Below, one piece after another: positions 1 to 6,877 of a DNA stretch of 24,795 bases; the first letter of the stretch is position 1, and each line of letters starts with the position of its first letter. The stretch comes from Candidatus Micrarchaeota archaeon (lineage in GTDB: Archaea; Micrarchaeota; Micrarchaeia; Norongarragalinales; UBA8480). The notes beneath the pieces were generated by a model. The model saw nothing but the letters and a program-made list of their open reading frames with translations. It searched no databases and had not been told where the DNA came from. The stretch spans positions 1-24,795 of the forward strand of contig JAZDHP010000067.1 in NCBI GenBank assembly GCA_043805855.1. The letters run 5' to 3'. A program made the translations under genes and the position numbers.

Positions 1-1037
1 GCAGAGTCTCCAGGCGCAGTTATCGCAACGCATTGTTTTACAATGCCACAATCTGGATCTTGGCTTATTACTAATTCATAACCCGCACTACAACTGTTTG
101 GTCCAGTTGGACAAGATGGGATATTGTCGCTTTCACGTGAAGAATCACCGCGGTTAGTTTCGTCACTTCCCGTTGCATCTCTATCTACAGCATCATTAGT
201 AGAATCATCGTTTAACGCGTCGTTGTCAAGAACACCATCTTGATTTTCATCGTCATATAAACCGTTATTTAAATCACTAGTTAATTCACCATCCTGTGAG
301 TCAAATACGTCGCCGTTTTCACTTTGCCGGTTGCGGGCGTTTATTAAACTGCGGTCAACCATTATTGGCGAAGCTGCACTGCCGCTTTTACCGCAAATTG
401 CAACTCCATCTTCAATTCGATAAACAAAATTACTATCTTCACACATTCGCTTTAATACAGAACTAGGCGCTATCTTTGTAGAAACATCAATACTCGCGCC
501 AGCTTCGCAAGCTTGCGCTGCATTTTTAGCTGCAACTTCACAGCGTTTTTTAGACGCGAGTTCAAAAACAGCGGCGTTAGTGGCAGCTTCTTCACGCTCC
601 GCTTCATTACGAGTAACACACTGCGATTTTAGTGATTCAACTGAAATAGATGAACACTCGCCACTTTTCAACGGTTCACAAAGATAACTTGCAGAATAGC
701 TACAACTATCGCGAATTACCTGCACGCCTTGACATGCTTGGGGAAGTGAAAGTAACTTAAGCCTCTTTTCTAGCTTCTTTTCAAAAGTTTCTCTATCGTC
801 TTTGTACTGACAAAACGTGTTGAACTTCCCCTTGGCAATAAAATTATTTTTTATAAACGAAGCAATAGAAGCTTCGGCAAGCGCATTTTCATCAAGTACC
901 TCGCCAATCTTCGGTGGGAACAAACGCGGTGTTGAAACTAGCCCAACGTCAACAACAGCTTCGCCTCCAAAAGAAAGCGAATAGCCAAGCGGTGCAAAAA
1001 GCAACGCAATCAAAGGAAGCAAAAGAACATATTTCAT
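1..1037 (-). CDS. Secreted Cys-rich protein, truncated at window edge (>=345 aa), probable paralogue of the protein at 12565-16371
   Basis: Absent from the ORF track because it runs off the edge. Manual translation from ATG 1037 is open to position 3: MKYVLLLPLIALLFAPLGYS (signal peptide), spaced Cys in helical segments (SYLCEPLK, LKSQCVTRNEAERE), a D/N-rich tract, then a Cys module CPTGPNSCSAGYELVISQDPDCGIVKQC. Confidence 0.85.
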   Translation of the reverse strand, partial: MKYVLLLPLIALLFAPLGYSLSFGGEAVVDVGLVSTPRLFPPKIGEVLDENALAEASIASFIKNNFIAKGKFNTFCQYKDDRETFEKKLEKRLKLLSLPQACQGVQVIRDSCSYSASYLCEPLKSGECSSISVESLKSQCVTRNEAEREEAATNAAVFELASKKRCEVAAKNAAQACEAGASIDVSTKIAPSSVLKRMCEDSNFVYRIEDGVAICGKSGSAASPIMVDRSLINARNRQSENGDVFDSQDGELTSDLNNGLYDDENQDGVLDNDALNDDSTNDAVDRDATGSDETNRGDSSRESDNIPSCPTGPNSCSAGYELVISQDPDCGIVKQCVAITAPGDS

Positions 1038-1058
1038 GAAATAATATACACAAGGCAG

Positions 1059-1067
1059 TTTTTTAAA
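1059..1067. promoter_or_regulatory. Putative TATA box between divergent genes
   Basis: TTTTTTAAA lies about 22-30 nt from ATG 1037 (-) and about 40 nt before ATG 1106 (+). Confidence 0.4.
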
Positions 1068-1105
1068 CATTCCAGACTAAGCCATATTCACAGAAGTTGA
1101 AAACA

Positions 1106-1540
1106 ATGGAACACATTGCAATAATGAAAAAAACCTGGGGCTTAACGCGCAAGATACTCTCCGGCGAAAAGAAAATCGAATCCCGCTGGTACAAGCACAA
1201 ACGCAGCCTGTGGAACAAAATTCACGCAGGCGACATCGTTTATTTCAAGGATTCAGGAGAACCAGTTTCAATTAAAGCAACTATTGAAAAAGTTCTACAG
1301 TTTGATAACTTAACGCCGAAAAAAGTTGGCAATATTTTACAAAAATACGGCGTTGACGACGGCATAACGCCTAAAGATATACCAAAGTTTTTCAAAATGT
1401 TCCGTGACAAGAAATACTGCCTGCTAATTTTCCTGAAAAACCCGCAGAAAGTACCGCCGTTCAACATTGACAAAACAGGCTACGGTGCAATGACAGCGTG
1501 GATCACAATAAACAACGTAAATCAAATCAAAATTACCTAG
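1106..1540 (+). CDS. ASCH (PUA-like) domain protein
   Basis: MEHIAIMKK..ILSGEKKIESRW..GDIVYFK matches the ASCH GxKxxExR signature. ATG 1106 preferred over TTG 1097. Confidence 0.8.
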   Translation: MEHIAIMKKTWGLTRKILSGEKKIESRWYKHKRSLWNKIHAGDIVYFKDSGEPVSIKATIEKVLQFDNLTPKKVGNILQKYGVDDGITPKDIPKFFKMFRDKKYCLLIFLKNPQKVPPFNIDKTGYGAMTAWITINNVNQIKIT

Positions 1541-1554
1541 AGTAAAGGCAATTT

Positions 1555-3120
1555 TCACAGTACACCTTGCTTTATCTTTTCCTCTAGCTTTTGTTCAGCT
1601 TTTAGCCGACCGAGTTCATCATCAGTCAAGTGACAAACAAGGTACTGCACCACAAACGGATACTTTTCTTTCAATATCGCGTACATTTGCTGAGCAATCA
1701 TTCTATACGAATAGTGCCCTTGCCTTGTACTACGAAGTTTAATGAAATGATGTAATTCGCGCAAATTAGCACTAATTAAAACACGCTTACGATATGCCAT
1801 TGGCACAATGTACTGCGCTTGCCACGGGTAAAGTGGTTGTAATTTAGTAAATAATTCATTTGCTTGTTTCATAACTTTGTCAAATTCAGGCTGCACGCCC
1901 GCGCCAGTTATATCTGGCGGAGTGTCATAACCATGAAAAGTCGTGAGCAACTGGTTCGTCTGCGTCATTATACGATGACGTTGTATATCGCGAAACGCAC
2001 CGTAGTCCATCAAAATGTCAATTGTAAACTGCAAGTGTTCTACTTCACGCAACGGATAATCGAATTCACCTTGGCGCGATAAATACTCGTCAAGTACTTT
2101 TTGCTTTTGCCCTTGCTCCATTTTACCAACGATTTCCAAAAGTTGTTTAAACGGCTGGTGTGAATAGCGATAGAGAATAGCAGCGATTAGCACATTATCC
2201 GCGTTTTGCGGTCCGTTCACTAAAGTAATAGGCGCACTTTGTGTTTTTTCAAAACTAACAAGCGACGGAGTTAACTTTTCCATTGCGCTTTGCGTCTCGC
2301 TAAAGTAATTATTTTCATTTGCGTATTTCAACAACGAAGGTAAAACTTTCCTACCTTCAACGCGAGTTTCTTCTCCAATATCGCGCAACTCTTGCAACGG
2401 ATGTGAAAGTAGTTTAGAAATTCCATAGGCTAATGCACGTGCATTTACAGTCCAGCCAAAACTAGTCATCGTGCCAGCTGGAAGTAAATAGCGAACTGAG
2501 TCAAAACGTCGCGCGCCGCACGCTCTTGTCCATGCGGCTTCGTTTTCCCCTTCTTTCAACGGCGCCTTTCTCTTTACATAATCCAAAACAACGGGAGATA
2601 GCTGCTCGTAAGTGTCAAAAAGGTCATTTACAATGTTTTGCACGTCGCTCCCGTACTGCGATTCCTTTAAAGTTTTGTCAAAATAAAAAGAACCCTTGTT
2701 AAAAGAAACATAACGCGTGCTCTTTTCAGTGTACGAACACAAGCGATTATCCTCGATGAACTTCGTTGCTAAAATTGAAACACCTTCTAGTCCGATTCCA
2801 ACAACTGCACCTTCTGCAACAGACGCGTGGCCGTAACCTAACACCCACTTTTCCATGAATTCAATTGCTTTGCCAATTGCGTTTTGCATTTGCACTTCGT
2901 TGCCATTCGCAATCGCACTACTGAGCTTTGCAAAATTCTCTGGATCTTCCTTTAGCAATTCCAAAAAGCCTTCGCGCATTCCTTTTTGCGAGCGGGAATA
3001 GCGTGCTTGCATTAGTGCCCAAACTTCAGGGTGAAAGTTCTTCGCCGCGAAAATCGGCTTGTCTAAATTAGTAAAAAAGTAATTAAGCACGCGTTGCTCT
3101 TCTGGAGTATAAGCTACCAT
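1555..3120 (-). CDS. thyX: Flavin-dependent thymidylate synthase, tandem two-domain form
   Basis: N-half has GHASVAE, SYTEKSTRYV, RYLLP and NARAL. C-half has RDIQRHR and NLRELHHFIKLRS. At 521 aa it fits two Thy1 repeats. Confidence 0.9.
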   Translation of the reverse strand: MVAYTPEEQRVLNYFFTNLDKPIFAAKNFHPEVWALMQARYSRSQKGMREGFLELLKEDPENFAKLSSAIANGNEVQMQNAIGKAIEFMEKWVLGYGHASVAEGAVVGIGLEGVSILATKFIEDNRLCSYTEKSTRYVSFNKGSFYFDKTLKESQYGSDVQNIVNDLFDTYEQLSPVVLDYVKRKAPLKEGENEAAWTRACGARRFDSVRYLLPAGTMTSFGWTVNARALAYGISKLLSHPLQELRDIGEETRVEGRKVLPSLLKYANENNYFSETQSAMEKLTPSLVSFEKTQSAPITLVNGPQNADNVLIAAILYRYSHQPFKQLLEIVGKMEQGQKQKVLDEYLSRQGEFDYPLREVEHLQFTIDILMDYGAFRDIQRHRIMTQTNQLLTTFHGYDTPPDITGAGVQPEFDKVMKQANELFTKLQPLYPWQAQYIVPMAYRKRVLISANLRELHHFIKLRSTRQGHYSYRMIAQQMYAILKEKYPFVVQYLVCHLTDDELGRLKAEQKLEEKIKQGVL

Positions 3121-3150
3121 CTAACAAACCCACCGCAAGAAGTTACACTG

Positions 3151-3166
3151 AAAAAATTTAATAACC
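3151..3166 (+). repeat. 16-bp direct repeat, copy 1 (AAAAAATTTAATAACC)
   Basis: Identical 16-mer at 3795-3810. This copy also overlaps the likely thyX TATA box on the minus strand. Confidence 0.75.
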
Positions 3167-3220
3167 AACCGCAAAGCCGGTTACTTACTTAGCTAACGGT
3201 AGTTCAAAAGAATTTTGCCA

Positions 3221-3235
3221 TTCGTCCACTTTTTT
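3221..3235 (+). promoter_or_regulatory. Conserved motif upstream of a TA module (TTCGTCCACTTTTTT)
   Basis: Related copies on the minus strand at 21824-21838 and 22452-22466, each upstream of a TA operon. Confidence 0.45.
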
Positions 3236-3277
3236 GACCGAAGTTATTTTGAAAACAAGAACCAAAAATAAAGCTAT

Positions 3278-3595
3278 ATGCAAGAAAAAACATTAAAGTT
3301 TGAAGTGAAATGTAAACTAAACAAAGTTATTCGAGTAACGCAAGCTTATTGGAACTTTATAATAACCGCAAAACACCCGTCAGTAAATGGAAAAGAAGAT
3401 CTTGCAAAGGAAACTCTCATAAACGCAGACGAAATACGCGTCAGTAAAACCGATTCTACTGTTTTCCTTTACTATAAACAATTCAACGACCTTTTCATGG
3501 CAGTTGTCTCTAAACATTTAAATGGGACTGGCTTCATAATAACAGTATACTTGACAGACCGAATAAAAGAAGGTAATTTAGTATGGAAAAAATAA
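3278..3595 (+). CDS. DUF4258/PBECR2-like (BECR/RelE-fold) putative RNase toxin
   Basis: IRVTQAYWNFIITAKHP...L..ADEI..SKTD..VFLYYK...GFIITVYLT pattern; overlaps a DUF2283 gene. Confidence 0.7.
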   Translation: MQEKTLKFEVKCKLNKVIRVTQAYWNFIITAKHPSVNGKEDLAKETLINADEIRVSKTDSTVFLYYKQFNDLFMAVVSKHLNGTGFIITVYLTDRIKEGNLVWKK

Positions 3596-3795
3596 AAATC
3601 ATTTTTAACAAAGCGGCCAATACCCTTGACATTTGGTTCGACGATCCAAGCAAAGAGGCAATGTGTGAAGAAACTGGAGAAGAACTAATTCTAAAAAAAG
3701 ACAAGAATGGAAACGTCATCGGCGTGGAGAAACTAAACGCAATTAACCCCGCGAAAAAACACGCAGGCATGCCAATGGAACTAACCCTGCAGTAA
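3583..3795 (+). CDS. DUF2283 family putative antitoxin
   Basis: IIFNKAANTLDIWF...EETGEELILKKDKNGNVIGVEKL is a typical DUF2283 pattern; 13-nt overlap with the upstream gene. Confidence 0.85.
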   Translation: MEKIKIIFNKAANTLDIWFDDPSKEAMCEETGEELILKKDKNGNVIGVEKLNAINPAKKHAGMPMELTLQ

Positions 3796-3810
3796 AAAAA
3801 TTTAATAACC
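3795..3810 (+). repeat. 16-bp direct repeat, copy 2
   Basis: Identical to 3151-3166; begins at the last base of the DUF2283 stop codon. Confidence 0.75.
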
Positions 3811-3899
3811 CGCCTCAAATAACTAAATTCACAGTTTACCGGCAACAGCTTTGCCGCTAATTTCTAGAGGTAATTTCACGTTCACCGGCAGGCACGTGT

Positions 3900-3927
3900 G
3901 CTGGTTTTTCTTTATATACTCACCAGC
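3900..3927 (+). promoter_or_regulatory. TATA box (TTTATATA, 3911-3918) bracketed by the inverted repeat GCTGGT/ACCAGC
   Basis: Read directly from the sequence. A start site about 25 nt downstream would coincide with the base of the long hairpin. Confidence 0.55.
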
Positions 3928-3938
3928 GGAAGTACTTG

Positions 3939-4024
3939 TCCGTGGGTATTATATGCCAAAAGCTTTTTGGGCTTCCGATGCGTCCAACTCCCGCAACGAA
4001 GCCCAAGCTAGGCAAAACTACGGA
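3939..4024 (+). ncRNA. Candidate structured RNA / 5' leader (long interrupted hairpin)
   Basis: Nested pairings: TCCGTGG(3939-45)/CTACGGA(4018-24), TGCC(3954-57)/GGCA(4011-14), TTGGGCTTC(3967-75)/GAAGCCCAA(3998-4006), TGCG(3979-82)/CGCA(3992-95). Confidence 0.5.
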
Positions 4025-4045
4025 AAAACAAAAGGTGGTAAAGAA

Positions 4046-4177
4046 ATGAAATTCGACGTAACAAAATTAACATACGGAGAAATAGTAGAAGCGTTTACAA
4101 ACACGCGAGGAACTCCATTTTACGTTTCAAAACTCGGTTCAAACATCATAATCGGCGTAGACGCACTAGCAGTGTAG
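4046..4177 (+). CDS. Small hypothetical protein (43 aa)
   Basis: MKFDVTKLTYGEIVEAF... with a strong AGGTGGT RBS at 4033-4039. The 108-aa track ORF start at 3851 is not credible. Confidence 0.6.
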   Translation: MKFDVTKLTYGEIVEAFTNTRGTPFYVSKLGSNIIIGVDALAV

Positions 4178-4220
4178 GACACCAGAATGATGAATGAAAC
4201 GTGTAGGGTGAAATATACAT

Positions 4221-4487
4221 ATGAACGAAGAAGAACAAAACCAAGAGCAAAGCGAAGGAGAAATGAAAACGTTGTTTCAATTTGAAACAGTCGACGGCGA
4301 AGAAAAAGGAGGCAATAAACACAAGCCGCATTTTAGTGTGAAAATGAACCGCAACTTCGTGGGCAGCGCATGGCTGCAAGACGGAAAGTTCGGCAAGTAC
4401 GTTTCCGTCGCGATAAACCACGACGTGCCAAAAGGCAGTAGAATCTATATTAACCCAACAAGGGAAAACGCAATGATACTAGGCTAA
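4221..4487 (+). CDS. Small protein resembling DUF736 / phage-type ssDNA-binding proteins
   Basis: KPHFSVKMNRNFVGSAWLQDGKFGKYVSVAI resembles the P-x-F/Y-x-V...G-x-A-W...G..Y-x-S-V pattern. RBS GGGTGA upstream; alternative start at 4263. Confidence 0.5.
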   Translation: MNEEEQNQEQSEGEMKTLFQFETVDGEEKGGNKHKPHFSVKMNRNFVGSAWLQDGKFGKYVSVAINHDVPKGSRIYINPTRENAMILG

Positions 4488-4515
4488 TTTAACAAACTGC
4501 AAAGAACGAAAGGTT

Positions 4516-4541
4516 TAAGTGTATGTTTAAACATACACTTA
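4516..4541. promoter_or_regulatory. Perfect 26-bp palindrome, probable VapB operator
   Basis: TAAGTGTATGTTTAAACATACACTTA equals its own reverse complement and ends 4 nt before the antitoxin ATG. Confidence 0.8.
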
Positions 4542-4545
4542 CTTT

Positions 4546-4797
4546 ATGACGGTGAAGACTATCACAATAACACTAGAAGCATATGACACGCTAAAGAAGC
4601 TAAAGCGCGGAGACGAAAGCTTTAGCGAAGCCATTATGCGAACAATACCTAAACGAACAACTATAGCTGACTGGCTTGGCGCACTAAATCAAACCCCCGA
4701 AGAAATAGAAGAACAACGCAGAATAACCCGCGAAATAAGAAAACAAATGGGCGAAAAAATGCAGGAGCGGATAAATAATGTACGTTCTAGATACTAG
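4546..4797 (+). CDS. vapB: Antitoxin VapB (DUF217/COG1753-like)
   Basis: KTITITLEAYDTLKKLKRGDESFSEAIMR signature; overlaps a PIN gene. Confidence 0.85.
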   Translation: MTVKTITITLEAYDTLKKLKRGDESFSEAIMRTIPKRTTIADWLGALNQTPEEIEEQRRITREIRKQMGEKMQERINNVRSRY

Positions 4798-5155
4798 CGC
4801 AGCAATTGAAATTTTAAACAACACTCCTGCTGGCGCTAAAGTAAAAAAAGCAATAGGAAATGCACCTTTTGTAATTTCAAGTATAACCGCTTTTGAAGTA
4901 TTGGCAGGCACTAAAGAACAAGAGCGCGAAAAAACGTTTACACTAATAGAAAACGCCGAAACTCTAGAGTTTGACAAAGAATCCGCAAAAATAAGCGCTA
5001 AAATTGCACAACAATTGAAACAAAGAGGAAAAACTATAAACCCCCTTTACACGTGCATAGCCGGAAATGCTATGAAGTACAACGCAGAACTAGTTACACT
5101 AGACCGCGACTTTGAACGAATACCGAACTTAAAAGCGATAATTGTGAAAAAATGA
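4778..5155 (+). CDS. vapC: VapC PIN-domain toxin, third catalytic Asp apparently replaced by Tyr
   Basis: VLDTS, ITAFEV and TLDRDF are present; INPLYTCIAG occurs where xxDxxIAA is expected. Confidence 0.85.
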   Translation: MYVLDTSAAIEILNNTPAGAKVKKAIGNAPFVISSITAFEVLAGTKEQEREKTFTLIENAETLEFDKESAKISAKIAQQLKQRGKTINPLYTCIAGNAMKYNAELVTLDRDFERIPNLKAIIVKK

Positions 5156-5186
5156 AAACGAAACGCCCATATATAACGCGATTAAA

Positions 5187-5678
5187 ATGACTTACTTTAT
5201 CATTATTCGCGGTCCGTTGGGAAGTGGAAAGACAACAATAGCAAAAGCAGTTGCTAAAAAACTAAAGGCAAAGTACTTCGCAATCGACGAGCTACTTGAA
5301 CAGTTACACTTAGATAACAACTACGTTCGCGATGGCTACATTTCAGAAAAAGCTTTCTGTGCGGCAAACAAAAAACTAGCACCAATAGCAGAAAAATGGT
5401 TGAAAAAAGGCAAGCCAGTTGTAATCGACGGCAACTTCTACCGCAAAAGCCAAATTCAAGACTTACTCACGAAAATTAAATATCCGCATTTTGTATTCAC
5501 ACTAGCAATTCCGCTGAAAATTTGCATTGAACGTGACGCCAAGCGTAAACAACCGCTGGGAATCGATGCGGTGAAAGCCGTTTACGCAAAGGCAATGGAG
5601 TTCAGCTACGGCGTTGAAATAGACGCGACGAAGCGAAAAAATGAGACTATTAGTACAATTTTAGCATATATCGGATAG
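5187..5678 (+). CDS. P-loop kinase (AAA_33/NMP kinase-like)
   Basis: Walker A GPLGSGKTT, Walker B VVIDG, lid ICIERDAKR. Confidence 0.8.
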   Translation: MTYFIIIRGPLGSGKTTIAKAVAKKLKAKYFAIDELLEQLHLDNNYVRDGYISEKAFCAANKKLAPIAEKWLKKGKPVVIDGNFYRKSQIQDLLTKIKYPHFVFTLAIPLKICIERDAKRKQPLGIDAVKAVYAKAMEFSYGVEIDATKRKNETISTILAYIG

Positions 5679-5702
5679 AGCGATTTATGAGCTATCCGAT
5701 AT
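5668..5702. terminator. Inverted repeat between convergent genes
   Basis: ATATCGGATAG(5668-78)/CTATCCGATAT(5692-5702): 11-bp perfect stem with a 13-nt loop. Confidence 0.5.
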
Positions 5703-5707
5703 TGCCA

Positions 5708-6421
5708 TTATTTTGACACTCTAGATAGAGCACGTCTACGCGCTGGCGAAAAAGCCGGTTCCAAAGAAGGCCGCCTAACTAAAGCAGCTAATCTTTCCCT
5801 CGCCCAGACTTTTACTTTTTCCGGAGCTTGCGGTGGCTCTAGATAAACCCGCCAACGCCACGGAAGCAAACCAGATTTACCATACCAGCGCTTTTGATCT
5901 AAATAGCGCATGTACTCTAAGCGCGTTGGCTTTTTGAAAACCAAATCTCCCCTTCCAGTGACGTAGAAAACTGGATGTGTCTTCGCTACAAAGGCAGGCG
6001 ACATCCATCGAAAAGGATAATGACCTTCGAACTTCGTGTCCAAAAGCCCATGCTTGTTAATCGCTTCTTTGAGATTTTCGTGAGCTCTTTGAATCTTCGG
6101 CGCTGTAATCAACTGACTAGTTACAAAAGCTAAAGATACACCTGAAACCGCGCTGGCTAATTTTGCAGGAACAGGCACATCTTTACTAATGGCCTCTATT
6201 AAAGCAACCGGGCCAATTCCGCCAGCTCGTATAAAGTTGCGACGACCACGCCAACCTTGTACACTAGTAGACCTAAAAGGATCTGGATTAAATTGAAAAG
6301 CTTCTTTTTGCGAATACCCAATCGCCCGTTTAACGCCTTCGCTCAAGTGTTCAAACGGAATCTTTACCGTAGTTTGTTCTTTCAATTCACCGCGGGGTTT
6401 TTGCGGTTTTTCCTTTGACAT
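5708..6421 (-). CDS. Hypothetical basic protein with a central hydrophobic segment
   Basis: 237-aa ORF with Arg/Lys-rich termini and a hydrophobic stretch (LASAVSGVSLAFVTSQLITA); no recognised family. Confidence 0.7.
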   Translation of the reverse strand: MSKEKPQKPRGELKEQTTVKIPFEHLSEGVKRAIGYSQKEAFQFNPDPFRSTSVQGWRGRRNFIRAGGIGPVALIEAISKDVPVPAKLASAVSGVSLAFVTSQLITAPKIQRAHENLKEAINKHGLLDTKFEGHYPFRWMSPAFVAKTHPVFYVTGRGDLVFKKPTRLEYMRYLDQKRWYGKSGLLPWRWRVYLEPPQAPEKVKVWARERLAALVRRPSLEPAFSPARRRALSRVSK

Positions 6422-6475
6422 GGAATAAACTAGTAAGAATAGCTAGTTAATCTTTTTCTTTGCTTTTCAAACGAG

Positions 6476-6808
6476 TTACTGTAGGAGGCGCATTGGTTTC
6501 TTACCTTTGTACAACTTAAACGCTTTGGCTGCTGCGACTTTTTTCTTCTCGCGCGCTAGTTTTTTCAACTCGCGGATTTCTTCAACAGTTAGAGAATAAG
6601 TACGATAATCACTGTAAGCCAATTCCTTGGCAGAAGCGCCAGCTGCAATAATCGCGGCTTTAATTTCGTTTAACTCAAGTCCAGAAGCAGTTCGCATTAC
6701 AATTCCATGGCTACAACTAGGACAAATTTTAAACTTCTTCAAAACGTCGAAAAACTGGTCGTACCCGCAGTTACTGCAAGTAATAATAGTAGCTTTAATA
6801 GTTTCCAT
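6476..6808 (-). CDS. Small Zn-ribbon protein
   Basis: CSNC...CPSC followed by a basic helical C-terminus. Confidence 0.7.
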   Translation of the reverse strand: METIKATIITCSNCGYDQFFDVLKKFKICPSCSHGIVMRTASGLELNEIKAAIIAAGASAKELAYSDYRTYSLTVEEIRELKKLAREKKKVAAAKAFKLYKGKKPMRLLQ

Positions 6809-6877
6809 GTTTATACGAACACTTCCCCAATATATATGGATACCTCCAAATATAAAAAAGTTAGGATTACGAAGTAG

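Noticed and set aside
3160..3250. Integron attC site before the TA cassette
   Set aside because: AAC...GTT ends exist, but there is no convincing RYYYAAC/GTTRRRY pair with L boxes, and no integrase in the window.
3939..4024. c-di-GMP-I riboswitch or tRNA (GGCAAAAC motif)
   Set aside because: The motif sits at the 3' end of the stem, the two-hairpin GEMM layout is missing, and there is no cloverleaf or T-loop.
3851..4045. N-terminal part of the 108-aa track ORF
   Set aside because: It runs through the TATA box and hairpin; the RBS supports ATG 4046.
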